A stretch of DNA of 64,000 nucleotides from Candidatus Sysuiplasmataceae archaeon (GTDB lineage: Archaea; Thermoplasmatota; Thermoplasmata; Sysuiplasmatales; Sysuiplasmataceae). Below, piece after piece: positions 47,839 to 59,100 of this stretch. Position numbers and translations under genes: made by a program. The notes under the pieces were generated by a model. The model was not told the DNA's origin. It did no database searches and saw only the letters and a program-made list of their open reading frames with translations. The stretch spans positions 1,993-65,992 of the forward strand of contig JBJKPR010000003.1 in the NCBI GenBank assembly GCA_046706185.1, in the 5' to 3' direction. How positions within the stretch are numbered: position 1 is the first letter of the stretch; every line of letters starts with the position of its first letter.

Positions 47839-48584
47839 ATTCAAGATACACAGACTTCAGGATGCTTCATTTGAAGAGGAGCCTTACCTCCAGCAGGTCA
47901 TACCTGATCCTGGGCCTGGCCATTCCGATCATGGTGATGCTGCTTCTTTTCCTTGAAGGCAGGTCAATTCCTGGCTCGACAATTGCCCGAACGTATGGTC
48001 TTCCCGCGTCAACGAGCGGTGGAGCTGTCCTTGTAGCAACTCTCGCCCCGGCTATAATCCCGCTTGCTGCAGTGATAGGTTCATTCTCGCCGCTGCTCCT
48101 TTTCGTCAATGACAGGTCGAGGGGTGTTTATGAGTATCTGCTCGCATACGGCAAGAAACCCTCAGATATTTTCTCGGCGCTCATCCTGAGCGTGCTAATC
48201 ATATCAGTCATTCTTACAACCGTTCCGCTTACGCTCTCTGCGGTTCTAATCTACCTCACTGGCCCCTTCTTGCTTCCGCCTTTTGCAGACGAGGCGGTCA
48301 TATACGTCCTGCCTGTAAGCCTCGTTGCCCCGCTTTTCGTCTCAGGCATAGCGGCAACGTGGGTCTCGCTGACAAAGCGTGTACAGTTTGTCAACAGCCC
48401 GATAGGAATTGCGCCAATGTTCGGCCTGGCGCCTGTCCTCCTGGTGCTGCTCATCTCACAACTGGACCGTGGAAAGGACGTCCTGATAGTCATGGGGGTT
48501 GCTTCCGTGCTAATGGTTGTTGCAACGGCCGCCATCTTCTTGCTCGCAGCAAGGCTGCTAAGAGGAGAAAGGTTCATAGTATGA
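47835..48584 (+). CDS. ABC-2-like permease
   Basis: DRSRGVYEYLLAYG coupling-loop-like motif; about six TMs. Confidence 0.82.
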   Translation: MNSRYTDFRMLHLKRSLTSSRSYLILGLAIPIMVMLLLFLEGRSIPGSTIARTYGLPASTSGGAVLVATLAPAIIPLAAVIGSFSPLLLFVNDRSRGVYEYLLAYGKKPSDIFSALILSVLIISVILTTVPLTLSAVLIYLTGPFLLPPFADEAVIYVLPVSLVAPLFVSGIAATWVSLTKRVQFVNSPIGIAPMFGLAPVLLVLLISQLDRGKDVLIVMGVASVLMVVATAAIFLLAARLLRGERFIV

Positions 48585-48653
48585 GAAAGGAGGGGCTGAA
48601 CAGTATAGAGACAAGGAATATACATTCTGGAATAGAGTCAATAACGACCTGAA

Positions 48654-48947
48654 ATGACTGGTGAAGGTACAAAGGCAGAGCAGCAGGCAGGGACCCAATG
48701 GGCAACGGGCGAAAAGAAGCAGGCAAAGCGATATGAGGGGCCACTGGCACCGGTAGTAGCTTCGATTCTCGGCGTGATGGCATGGTGTATTTTCATAATG
48801 TTCTTCGCACTCTACTGGTCCGTCGGCTTCAACCTTTTCCAGAACCTGATCGTGACTGTCGTCTCACTCATAATCACAGGCCTCGCGATCGGGCTCATGT
48901 GGGTGATACTTGGTCCGAAGGGCGCGTGGAGAGGCGGCTGGGGCTGA
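48654..48947 (+). CDS. Small two-TM membrane protein
   Basis: W.IF..F...W..GF.LFQN...V pattern. Confidence 0.72.
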   Translation: MTGEGTKAEQQAGTQWATGEKKQAKRYEGPLAPVVASILGVMAWCIFIMFFALYWSVGFNLFQNLIVTVVSLIITGLAIGLMWVILGPKGAWRGGWG

Positions 48948-49162
48948 ATCAAAGGCAAGAGACGGTTTTCCCAGGCAAGCTGAACAGCAGTAGGCATGGC
49001 TGGCACGGCGCCTGCGCATGCGGTGCAACAGACCTGGCGTCATGAGTCCAGCTGCAGCCAGCATGTAATATTAGCATGGCACGCAGTGTTCACACGGCAC
49101 AGATTTGCTGCATGTAGTCAAAATTCTAATACTGACTTTGTCTTGATGGTGCGGGGAGAAAA

Positions 49163-51520
49163 ATGAAGCTGTTGTCTTTGCTTGTGGCAGTGATTGTCGT
49201 GATGGCAGGCGCTGGTCTTGTTGCCCTGACTTTTCATGCACCGCAATCCTCGACCGGAGTGGTCGGGGCGGCCGTTTCCGGAGGGGCCGTCTCCACGCCG
49301 TCGACGTCCAGGGCAGGTGCGGTTCTCAGCCAGCTGAACGAGAACAATGTTCCGAGCAGTTATGCATTCCTGCCCAATTTCAATGCAAGAGCCATTGTGG
49401 CGGGCAACACAGTGGAACCGTTGTACGGCGCATCTCCTGCGCCAATGGGCATAGGCGACTTTGGGCTGGTGAACACAAGCTCCGGCTTAGTCGGCTACAA
49501 TACAACGACTTCAAGCGTCGAGGGCTCACTCACGCTCAACTCGATGCAGCCGTTCTATCTGCTGAACGACGCACCGCAGAGCGTCACCGTCCAGCTGAAC
49601 ACTGTACTTGACAATGTGACACTCTTCGGAAGTCCAAACTATGTCTTCTGGACGCAGAATGTGCTCTTCTATTCACAGAGGACACATACACTGACGTTTC
49701 TCGATAACATCTGGAATTTCTCCAGCCCAAGCTTCACTTTCACCGCAACCAGCCTTTACAACTACAGCGGCAACGAGGTCGCACCAGTATTCTACTACAC
49801 ACTTGGGCCGACCATAAACGTGAGCTATCCTTTTACCGTGAACCTCTATCTAAATGCGACTGTCATCGGCCAGAGAAGTGCTGTCTTCTTCAATTACTCG
49901 ATTTCATCCCCTACACTCTCCAGCTCCCTTTCAGGCTCATATGACAGGGTAATCTTCAATTCTCTTCCGGCGAGCCAGCAACCGGCGGTCGCACCGCAGT
50001 TCCTGATAAGCGGCACAACACTCACTCCCACCGGTTACCTGCTTTACGATGCCGAGCTTATGATCGGAGGGCCAGGTGGAGGCAGCACAACCTCCATTTA
50101 CAACATAAACGGGAACATGCGACTCATGCTTCTTGACACTAGCACCGGCACATACACGAATGTCAGGTCGGCATACGACTTCGGAACTGACACGGGAGAA
50201 ACCTCGGAAGGGATTGCGGTGTCGTGGACTGGCAGCGCAGTTGCCTATTTGACGCCAGGTCCGTCGCTTCTGTATGGAATGTGGAATGTCTCTTCTCCGT
50301 CGATGGGGACGCCGGAGACGTTTTCGGGCACGGTAACACCATCCAACTCATTCATCTTTGCAGGCGCGGGCGGTTCGTTCAACGAAAGCACCGCAGCATG
50401 GGTGCCGATACACCCCGACGGGTCATTCTCATTCATGCTGCCGCAGGGTGTCTACACCGGTGCTGCCCTTATGAGCTATCATGAGCCGCAGTACGGCATC
50501 GAAATGGCCAGCGGAATGGACATTGTCCTTGCAGCTGACGAATCACTGGGCATATACACTCCACTGTATGCGTTCAACAATCAGCAGCTCGGACTGCTCG
50601 CCTCTTCCGGGGCAGGGACAGTCGCCAGCCCGTACATGATTAACGGTAACGGCGTGAGCACGGTGAACCAGCTCTTCTCCGAGCTTAACGATTTCCTCTT
50701 CCCTGTCTTCCCGGGTGTCCTGTTCATGAACACATCGGCGTATGTTGCGCTGAACTCCCTGCCCTCTATGTACATTCAGTACATGCAGTCGCTCCTGCCC
50801 GAGCTCGAATACTACGGGCTGCCCACATCGAACTACATGCCGTTCGAATTCTACAATGCATCAAATGCAAGTGTCCTCAGCTCCCCCTTCATAAGCGGCT
50901 GGTATCCATTCTTCCTCTACGGGTTCCCAGTTGCAAACCTGCTGATCTGGAACTCGACTCACATGCTTGTGGGCGGAAACTACTTCTCAAGCATGGGAAG
51001 TTCTGCACTAATATTCAACAGCACCAGTGTGCTTGTCTGGGGAAACGTATTCGCGGAGAACCCGATTGCGGGGACCTCTATAAGCCACCCAAGCAGGTAC
51101 TTCCAGTACGAGCTTTCGCCCATCTACCCGGCAGCAGTACCCACCGGTCTTTCTGTTTTCTCATCCGGCGACACGATATACAACAATGCGTTCATGGTCC
51201 AGCTTCCAGCGATGAGTCCTGATTTCAACATATACACATTCGGAGGGGCGAACTACATGGATGTGTGGAACGTGCCCTTTGTTCTTGTGGGAAGCGCATC
51301 GCCAACAAGCTTCAACGGGTTTGTCATACCTGCAGCGAGCATAACGGGCGGCGCATACATAGGCGGCAATTTCTGGTACAACTACAGTCCGAGGGGATCT
51401 CTGCATCTGCCTTTCAGCGATGACGGCTGGATTGCAAACGGTGGGGACTACGTGCCTCTTGTGCTCGGCAATCCCAATTCAAGCAGCTACAACAGCGTAC
51501 TCCAGCCTCTGGCGGTGTAG
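49163..51520 (+). CDS. Thermopsin-family protease precursor (secreted)
   Basis: Signal peptide, PAPMGIGDFG, QLN, WTQNV, FLDNIWNFS, DAEL..GGPGGG, DTGET; C-terminal GGNFW..Y...GGDY.PL. Confidence 0.9.
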   Translation: MKLLSLLVAVIVVMAGAGLVALTFHAPQSSTGVVGAAVSGGAVSTPSTSRAGAVLSQLNENNVPSSYAFLPNFNARAIVAGNTVEPLYGASPAPMGIGDFGLVNTSSGLVGYNTTTSSVEGSLTLNSMQPFYLLNDAPQSVTVQLNTVLDNVTLFGSPNYVFWTQNVLFYSQRTHTLTFLDNIWNFSSPSFTFTATSLYNYSGNEVAPVFYYTLGPTINVSYPFTVNLYLNATVIGQRSAVFFNYSISSPTLSSSLSGSYDRVIFNSLPASQQPAVAPQFLISGTTLTPTGYLLYDAELMIGGPGGGSTTSIYNINGNMRLMLLDTSTGTYTNVRSAYDFGTDTGETSEGIAVSWTGSAVAYLTPGPSLLYGMWNVSSPSMGTPETFSGTVTPSNSFIFAGAGGSFNESTAAWVPIHPDGSFSFMLPQGVYTGAALMSYHEPQYGIEMASGMDIVLAADESLGIYTPLYAFNNQQLGLLASSGAGTVASPYMINGNGVSTVNQLFSELNDFLFPVFPGVLFMNTSAYVALNSLPSMYIQYMQSLLPELEYYGLPTSNYMPFEFYNASNASVLSSPFISGWYPFFLYGFPVANLLIWNSTHMLVGGNYFSSMGSSALIFNSTSVLVWGNVFAENPIAGTSISHPSRYFQYELSPIYPAAVPTGLSVFSSGDTIYNNAFMVQLPAMSPDFNIYTFGGANYMDVWNVPFVLVGSASPTSFNGFVIPAASITGGAYIGGNFWYNYSPRGSLHLPFSDDGWIANGGDYVPLVLGNPNSSSYNSVLQPLAV

Positions 51521-51713
51521 GGGGCACGGTAGCAAGAGTAGTTTGGCCAGGCACCTTCAATGCATTTCAGGGTCAGGGCAGCCTCGGTTGCAGACATTGG
51601 GGCGGCAAACCTGGCGGATGAAACTGCAGACGTCCGTTCCAGGAATGCCTCACGATAATTCGAAGCTCATCAAATAACACTCATATAGTGGATGCATCCC
51701 ACCTTCGTGACAT

Positions 51714-52244
51714 ATGAAGGCAAAAGTGATAGGGGCGATCATAGCGGTGGTGCTAATCGCAGGCGGAGGCGTCTATTACTTCGGCTTCTACAACACAGGT
51801 GGAACGCTGAGGGTAAACGTGACTGACCCGATGCCTGTCGGCTGGAGCGCTGTCTATGTCAACATATCGTCTGTTTCGATACACAACTCCACGGGCGGGG
51901 GCAGCAATGCATACACGAAGACATTCTCGACGCCAGTGACGATCAACCTGGCGAACGCGACAAACCAGTCACTCTTCCTGACAAGTCTGAGCCTTCCTGC
52001 AGGACACTACCAGATGATCAGGCTGACAATCACAGGTGCGTACGGCGTCTTCAATGGTGCGGACACACCACAGACATACAAGCTATCTCTCGTGAACGGC
52101 ACAGTTGACATAGCGGGGCAATTCACCATAACGAAAGGCTCAACCACAACGGTCACACTTGACTTCAACAGCGCACAGGCAATACACGGAGACACTACAA
52201 CAGGCTTCACGATGACCCCCGTCGTTGCCATGTCTGTCGGATGA
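51714..52244 (+). CDS. DUF4382-like membrane-anchored protein
   Basis: N-terminal anchor, V.VTDP, LPAG.Y..IRL, VTLDF, F.MTPV. Confidence 0.8.
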   Translation: MKAKVIGAIIAVVLIAGGGVYYFGFYNTGGTLRVNVTDPMPVGWSAVYVNISSVSIHNSTGGGSNAYTKTFSTPVTINLANATNQSLFLTSLSLPAGHYQMIRLTITGAYGVFNGADTPQTYKLSLVNGTVDIAGQFTITKGSTTTVTLDFNSAQAIHGDTTTGFTMTPVVAMSVG

Positions 52245-52403
52245 TCGGAGATACCCGCAATTCCTTGACAAACCTATTACTCCCTTTCTTGTGCGCATGT
52301 GCTGGATTATGGCTGAATTTATCTGATGCCTGTTTCTCAGGCGGTTATCCTGTTTCTTGCGTCAGCTTCAAGAACCAGCAGCGATCTTGATTTGCGATGA
52401 CAC

Positions 52404-53174
52404 ATGGTCGAGGACAGCCCTAGCCGCACAACGACGATGCTTGAGGAGCTTTCGATGAATGCCTGGCCCTCGTTGCAAACTGTTGTTTACGATGGCTGGA
52501 TCTTGAGGTTTTCGGAAGGTTATTCGAGAAGAGCCAACTCATGCCATCCACTTTATCAGGGCTTTGTCGACCCGATGGAGAAGATAGCGCTCTGCGAGGA
52601 GCTATACAGAGGGAAGGGGCTCAGGCCGGCCTTCAAGCTCACCGGTTGTTCCTTGCCCCCCACCCTGGGTCAAATGCTTGAGAAGAAGGGATATGCACGC
52701 AGCGCAGAGACTTCTGTCCAGGTCCTGGAACTTGCAGAACTGGATGGCGCAGGTGAGACAGGAGACATCAATCTTTCGGACAGGCTCGAAGACGGGTGGC
52801 TTGGTTCGTTCTGCAGTATGAGCGGGATAGACGAAGAAAGGAAGGCTGTTGCCTCAAAAATGATGTCGAGCATCATCCCAGGCAGGAAGTTCGCTTCAAT
52901 AGCAGACAGCAGAGGAGAAATAGTTGCCTGCGGACTTGCAGTGAAACAGGGCAGGTTTGTCGGTCTCTTTGACATAGTGACGGGGCGCGACCACAGAAGA
53001 AAGGGGCTCGGAAGGAGGCTGACATCCGGCCTTCTTGCGTGGGGAAGGGGTGCGGGGGCGGAGAGAGCGTACCTTCAGGTCATGACTGACAATGCTCCTG
53101 CCCTGAGCCTCTATGCGGGCTTCGGGTTCAGGGAAGCGTACCGCTACTGGTACACGACAGCCAGTCTTCTATGA
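52404..53174 (+). CDS. GNAT N-acetyltransferase
   Basis: NAWP, GW.LR...GY.RRANS, RRKGLG, YLQV..DN..A..LY..GF. Confidence 0.9.
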   Translation: MVEDSPSRTTTMLEELSMNAWPSLQTVVYDGWILRFSEGYSRRANSCHPLYQGFVDPMEKIALCEELYRGKGLRPAFKLTGCSLPPTLGQMLEKKGYARSAETSVQVLELAELDGAGETGDINLSDRLEDGWLGSFCSMSGIDEERKAVASKMMSSIIPGRKFASIADSRGEIVACGLAVKQGRFVGLFDIVTGRDHRRKGLGRRLTSGLLAWGRGAGAERAYLQVMTDNAPALSLYAGFGFREAYRYWYTTASLL

Positions 53175-53224
53175 CTGTTACAGCCGACGCCGGATATCAT
53201 CAGCGACATGTGGATGGAAGAGCT

Positions 53225-55903
53225 TCAGGAGGTACGGCCCTGATCAGGGCCACCCTCCTCCGCATCCGGTGAAGCTTCCGGATGTTCGGGAGATGCCGAA
53301 GCAGCCGTTCCCGGCTGCCCGTCGGGCTCGGCCGCTTCACGCACTCCGCCAACAGTCAGTGCGCCTCGTTTCGTTCTCCATTTCCTGAATGAAGAGTATT
53401 CAGAGTATATCGCAAGCGCCATGAAAAGTGTCGGGAGCAAATAGGAGGGGACGAGTATCTCGATGTACGGGGTGGACGGCGAGTAGTAGGATATGAGCCC
53501 GTAGAGCGCTTTGCCCAGGTACGGAGGAAACATGGTGAACAGCAGCGTGCCAGCCACGCTCACCTGAGTGACTGGAGACAGCAGTACGAAGGTGTGTGCG
53601 CCCGAAGAGAATGAGTACGTCATTCGCGGAAGCACATAAACACCTGAATGTGGGACGCCGAAGCTGAAGTGAGCATCGAACGACTGGCCCGGAGAAAGTG
53701 CGCTTGTGTTCTGATAGGACATACCGGCCAGGCTTGTGGAGAGGCCTGACTGCAGCTCCTGGATACCAGGGAAGAAGACGGAAAGGCCGTTGACTGTAGA
53801 GTTGCCCATGTTGCTGACCACAGCGCTTACAGACAGCGTATCACCTGTTGCTGAGCTGGAGCTGGAGATGACCACTTCGGGTGGCAGAGGAGAGGAGAAG
53901 GTTAGGGTCGTGCTCGGGCTGATCTGGTTCTGGGCTGACACGTTGATAACAGTCCATCCGGAGGAGTTCACCGAACCGTTGACGTACTGCAAATTGTCAG
54001 TGAAGACAGTCCCGTTGAAACCCGACGGGAATGCCGCCGCGTTCAGATCATTGTAGCCGCTGGGCGTGAGTATTTCAAGTGATGATAACGATGCAGTGGG
54101 GCTGAAGGAAACGGGGCTTGAGCCTATGACGGCTGAGAGGGGAAGCGAGTGAAAACCGGATCCGAAGGCGAAGTCGCTCTTGTAGAAAAGCCCGAAGCAG
54201 AATGATATGCTGCCTGATGGAAGAGAGAAAAGGGATGATGGACCGGCTGTTCCGTTCTGGGGCAGGAATCCTGAAAGACCTGCGTAGCCCACTGCAAGTA
54301 ACCCGGAGCATGACCCATACTTGGTGGCGCTGAAAAGCGAGCCCGATATCAGCTGTGAGGAAAGGCTGCCGACCAGGCCGTCCGGGTGAAGCGTGGGCAG
54401 GTAGGAGCCCGCAAGGCCGGAAGCCGACTTTTCGGCCGGAGCGTTAGTTCCATAAATGAAAAGGGCAGTTCCTGAGGACACCGGTGACGAGGCATTGCCG
54501 GAGGCAGAGGATCCGCCGGGGAATAACCCGGAAAGCGGGGTGTTCGACGAGATATTGGCCATTTCCACAATGAGACTGAAGTGTTCGCCAGTCACGTTTG
54601 AGTAGTATGACACCTGCTCGTCTGCCACCTTTTGGGCTGAAAGGGGACCAGGATTGATCGAAATGAAAAGCAGCCCGGTCGGGATAAGCGGGATGAGGGA
54701 GGATGGCGAAACTGGAAAGCCTGATGAGCCGGAGCTGTTCAGAGGCAGGTTGAGGAGACTGGCGAGCGGCATGTCAACAAGGTTCTGGTCAAGCAGGAGA
54801 AGTGACAGCCCGACCTGGGAATTCCCTGTGATGGAGCTCTGTGGAAGAGAGTAGTTCGAGGCGAATGCAAAACCTGAATAAAGGTTGCCATCTGAGGATA
54901 TCAGGCTGGTGGATGCTTCCTCGTATGCTCCTTGAGCAGTGCTGACGTGTGCGATAGCGTCAACTGGAGAGGCTGTTTGCCCTGGCACATGGCTGGACAC
55001 GAGACGAAGAACTGCCCCCTTCATTTCAGCGAATTTCACAAGCGCGCCGGCATACGGAATGCCCATCCCCGACGAAGCATGCAGGGTGGATGGTTGCGTT
55101 GATCCGATGCCGTTCTGAGCCTGGGCATGAAACGTCCCTCCTGACAATCCCGATATGATAATACTCAGGGCCACCACAAGGGCAGCTAACGCAACGGCAT
55201 TACTTGCCATCCTGCGCGGTTTGACGGAGGGGGAGTCTTCGAGGCTTACTATGTACTTCCGAGTGTAGTGTGCAACCAGCGAAGCAGTAATTAGCGAAAC
55301 AGCAAAGGTCAGCATGTTGGTCAGGATTAACGGCAGGGCATATGTCGTGAAGAGGTTAGCGTATGACTGTGTCAGTGAAGATGAGCCCGAAATTGTGCCA
55401 AGACGCGGCAGCAGGCTTAGGAGTGTCTGGAAAAACTGGGAAATCACAGGCTCCGAAAGAAGAGTGAGTATGTTTGTGCCCGATGGTGGCGTCGGAATTG
55501 GAGGCAGCGACGGGAGTCCAGGCAGGGGAGAGGTGCCACCTGGTGGCGATCCGCCCATTGTGCCCATGAGGGATGGCAGCAAACCGATGACTGCGCCAAG
55601 GATACCCACGAGCAGTATCGCCCAGCATGCGAAGTACACAGAGATCATTGAGACGATGGATCCCTTCACACGCCTGACAGACAGGCCGACCACTATTCCC
55701 ACCGCGACCCAGGAAAATATCACGATCGGATAAATCAGCGGATCTCCCAGCAGCAGGAAGAAAAGACCGAGCATGAGAGCAACGCTGCTTCCGAAGTACG
55801 GGGAGAACCAGTTGACAATCGGAGAGTAATATGGGGAGAGAAGATAGTAGCCAATGATCACAGCCGTGGTGGTACCGAACACAAATCCTGAGAATTTACC
55901 CAT
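53225..55903 (-). CDS. Large membrane protein with an extracellular Ser/Gly-rich domain
   Basis: About five N-terminal TMs, long low-charge ectodomain with sequons and an Ig-like C-terminal part, final TM and charged tail. Confidence 0.82.
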   Translation of the reverse strand: MGKFSGFVFGTTTAVIIGYYLLSPYYSPIVNWFSPYFGSSVALMLGLFFLLLGDPLIYPIVIFSWVAVGIVVGLSVRRVKGSIVSMISVYFACWAILLVGILGAVIGLLPSLMGTMGGSPPGGTSPLPGLPSLPPIPTPPSGTNILTLLSEPVISQFFQTLLSLLPRLGTISGSSSLTQSYANLFTTYALPLILTNMLTFAVSLITASLVAHYTRKYIVSLEDSPSVKPRRMASNAVALAALVVALSIIISGLSGGTFHAQAQNGIGSTQPSTLHASSGMGIPYAGALVKFAEMKGAVLRLVSSHVPGQTASPVDAIAHVSTAQGAYEEASTSLISSDGNLYSGFAFASNYSLPQSSITGNSQVGLSLLLLDQNLVDMPLASLLNLPLNSSGSSGFPVSPSSLIPLIPTGLLFISINPGPLSAQKVADEQVSYYSNVTGEHFSLIVEMANISSNTPLSGLFPGGSSASGNASSPVSSGTALFIYGTNAPAEKSASGLAGSYLPTLHPDGLVGSLSSQLISGSLFSATKYGSCSGLLAVGYAGLSGFLPQNGTAGPSSLFSLPSGSISFCFGLFYKSDFAFGSGFHSLPLSAVIGSSPVSFSPTASLSSLEILTPSGYNDLNAAAFPSGFNGTVFTDNLQYVNGSVNSSGWTVINVSAQNQISPSTTLTFSSPLPPEVVISSSSSATGDTLSVSAVVSNMGNSTVNGLSVFFPGIQELQSGLSTSLAGMSYQNTSALSPGQSFDAHFSFGVPHSGVYVLPRMTYSFSSGAHTFVLLSPVTQVSVAGTLLFTMFPPYLGKALYGLISYYSPSTPYIEILVPSYLLPTLFMALAIYSEYSSFRKWRTKRGALTVGGVREAAEPDGQPGTAASASPEHPEASPDAEEGGPDQGRTS

Positions 55904-56175
55904 TGGCCCCCGCTGGTAAATTTATCTGTGCGTATTTAATAATATCCGGACAGTTTCCTGCTGTAACATGTGTGGATGGCTGCGTCAGGAGCCGCAGTAA
56001 TGATGCCTCTGCATTCCCATGCACAGGCAGTGCTGCCCGGACAGGGCGATCCGCGACCATTCTGCGCCCACGGGCGCATATGATCGGGGAACATTGCCGC
56101 AGGCAATTCTGCAGACGACTGGAAGCATGCTTGACCTGGCGCGGATTGCAGCAGATGGGTGACAGGGGACGTGGG

Positions 56176-59100
56176 CTACTTTCTGCCCTTCCTCCTGGTC
56201 ATTGCCACAGCCGCGACAGCTGCAACTATCACGACTACGATCACTACCAGGATAATTATGTCCGTCAGTGGCAGTGGCGACTGCGATGGAGAAGCTGGAC
56301 TGACAGCCTGGAGGGTTATGGGCAGGTTCCTGGTCTGTCCGGTGGATAGCGTAACGTTGTCGTAGTATGTCTTGTAACCGGTGAGGGACACCACCACACT
56401 GTAGCTGCCCGCAGGCTCAGAGATGTTGAACGACCCGCCGCTTGTCGCGACAGTCACTCCGTTTACAGTCACAGTGGCATTCGATGGAGTGACTGTCCCA
56501 GTTATGTAGGAGTAATGGGTGAACTGGACATTCTGGTTCGCGCTGGTCCCGCTAACTGTAATCTGGCCGCCGAAGGGCGACGCGTAGTAGCCTGTTGTGT
56601 TCGTCACCGAGAACGAATATGTGCCGTTAGGCTCGTTGAACGTAATCGATGTGCCTGACGACGTCTGTTTCACGCCGTTCAGTGTGGCTGACCAGGATGT
56701 TCCAGAAGGAAGGCCCGATTCGGTCAGCGTAACAGCGTAAGTAACAGCCGTGAAACTGACTGCAGCGCCAGTTGCAGCGCCCGCAACTGTCAGAGAACCC
56801 GAGCTCGATGACAGCGTGTAGCCGGAGACCTTCCCTACCGAATACTGGTAAGTGCCGTTAGGCTCGTTGAATGTTATGGAACCTGTCGTGGAGGATGATG
56901 TCTGGCTGCCGAGCGTCACGCTCCAGCCTGTCCCTGAAGAGAGACCGCTCTCGGTGAAGGTCACCGCATATGTCACAAGGCTGAACGAGACGGGAACATT
57001 CACAGGCGATCCTGAGACGGTAAACGAACCTGTATACGCGGCAGGCGCGTAAGTTCTGTTGCCCGAGGCAACTGTATACGAATACGTTGAATCTGGTTCG
57101 TAGAAGGAGATTGTGCTGGTGGTTGAGTGGAACGACTGCCCGTTTGTGAGATTGACAAACCACTCTGTCCCAGATGGCAGACCGCTTGACTGGAAAGTCA
57201 CCTGGTACCCTGTTACAGCGCTGCTTCCAAGCGGGTGGTAGTCATAGACACCGTTGGAGATAAGATATGGCTGCAGCGTTCCGTTGGCATAGGCTGTGTG
57301 CCAGTCGGCCCAGTAATTCCCTGTCAGGCTCAGGTTGAAATAGTTGCCTGAGACGGAATACGCCTGGATATGCAGTGCACTGTAAACGGCTGTCGAGCCG
57401 TTGTTGTCCACGAAGTTGTCATTGTAGACATAGTTTCCAGTGCCTGCTGTTATGCTGACACCGTATCCTGTGTCGCCACTGATGTCGCTGCCAGTTATGC
57501 TGTTTGAACTTCCAGTGACGCTGATCCCGACTGCATCCTCGTATGCATAGAGGTTGGAGAACGTCGAATTGTCGGTCTCAATCAAGAAACCTTCAGCGCC
57601 GCCGTACGATGAGTTGACATTTGAGACAGAGCTGTCGTTTCCGGAGAGGATGAAGCCATATGCGGAGCTGGACGCCTGAGCGTTCTGAAGTACGCTGCTT
57701 GAAAGCGATATGTTCACACCGTAGTAGTAGCCGCTCTCTTGTATGGCGGCCATGGTGCTGTTGCTGATGCCCCCCTGGATAAATCCGAGGCTTGCTGGTG
57801 TGGCGGGTGTTGAGTATCCCGAGTAGAGGAATGTTCCGTTCACGTAAGACACAACGGAATCATTGAGGGCCAAAAGAAGAGCGGTGCTGTTGTTGAGTGC
57901 TGTGATGCCGCTGACAGAGGCATAGCTCCCTTCAACCAGGGCGGCCAGAGACTGGTCTGACGCCCTGATGTTGCTCACATTGACGTAATTGCCCAATATC
58001 TCTTCAGCAGCCGACTGGTTGTATGCAACCATGTTTGTCAGAGTACTGGAATTGCCCGGAGCATCGAGGAAACCAAGCGCGCCGTTAGCAGCGTAGAATC
58101 CTGACGCGCTTATGTTGGTACAGTCAATGCCGTAGAAACCTGCCGACCCGTTATAGGCAGCAAGCTGGTTAACGGTCGAGTTGTTGGTGTAGATTGCCTC
58201 GATGGCAAAGTCTCCGCCCGAAGAGTTGAAATTGCTGAGTGTAAGGTGGTTGTCGTATAAGCCAGCGAACCCTGAAGCCAGGGAGGAAGCGTTTATGTTA
58301 GATGCGGTATCTGAGCTGCCAAAGACGACTTCAGCACCATATGCATTACCCCCTCCAGACGACACGTTGCCAGAAGCGACCACGTTGTTTATGGAGGAGT
58401 TGTTTGTGGCCAAGTAGCCCACGCCGAAGCCGTATTCACCGCTCAACGGCGCACTGACGCTGATGTTAGTGGCCGAAACAGATGTGGAATATTCGGCAAT
58501 TGCTCCGGCCGCAAACCCGCCGGCCGAGGGGTCTACAACAAGATTCCCCAATGAGACGGAAGAAGAATAAACTATGACTATTCCATATCCGCCTATGCTG
58601 TTCTGCTGATTGACCTGAATTGAATTGGAGTAGCCAATCAGAATACCGCTCTCGTTCGTTGAAACATTCTGGACGAGAATGTTTGATGAGCCAATGATGG
58701 CGATGGCGCTCGTGGGGGAAGCAAGCATCGAGATATTACGAATAACAGAATTGCTGCTTGAGAAGAAGCCGTAGACCTGATTGTAGTCAGTTGCGACGTA
58801 CGAGCTGCCTCCTATGTAGTACAGGCTGTTCGCCTCGTAAACACTCTGTACTGCAAGGCTCGTACTCACACCTTCGACTGCCATGAGTATGAATTCAGGG
58901 TAGCCGAAATCGTTGGCCTCCATGAAAGATGCGTTCAGCGTTATTGTCAGGTTGGAGATCCTTCCCGGGCCGGAAAGGAGCGATGTGATCGCAAGCGCAT
59001 TGGCATTTCCAACAGCATATATTGGTGCATAAAGAAGGCCCGGGTTGGAGACCATAGCAAATACAGTTGAAGTGTTTGAACTGAAAATCGTGCTGAACTG

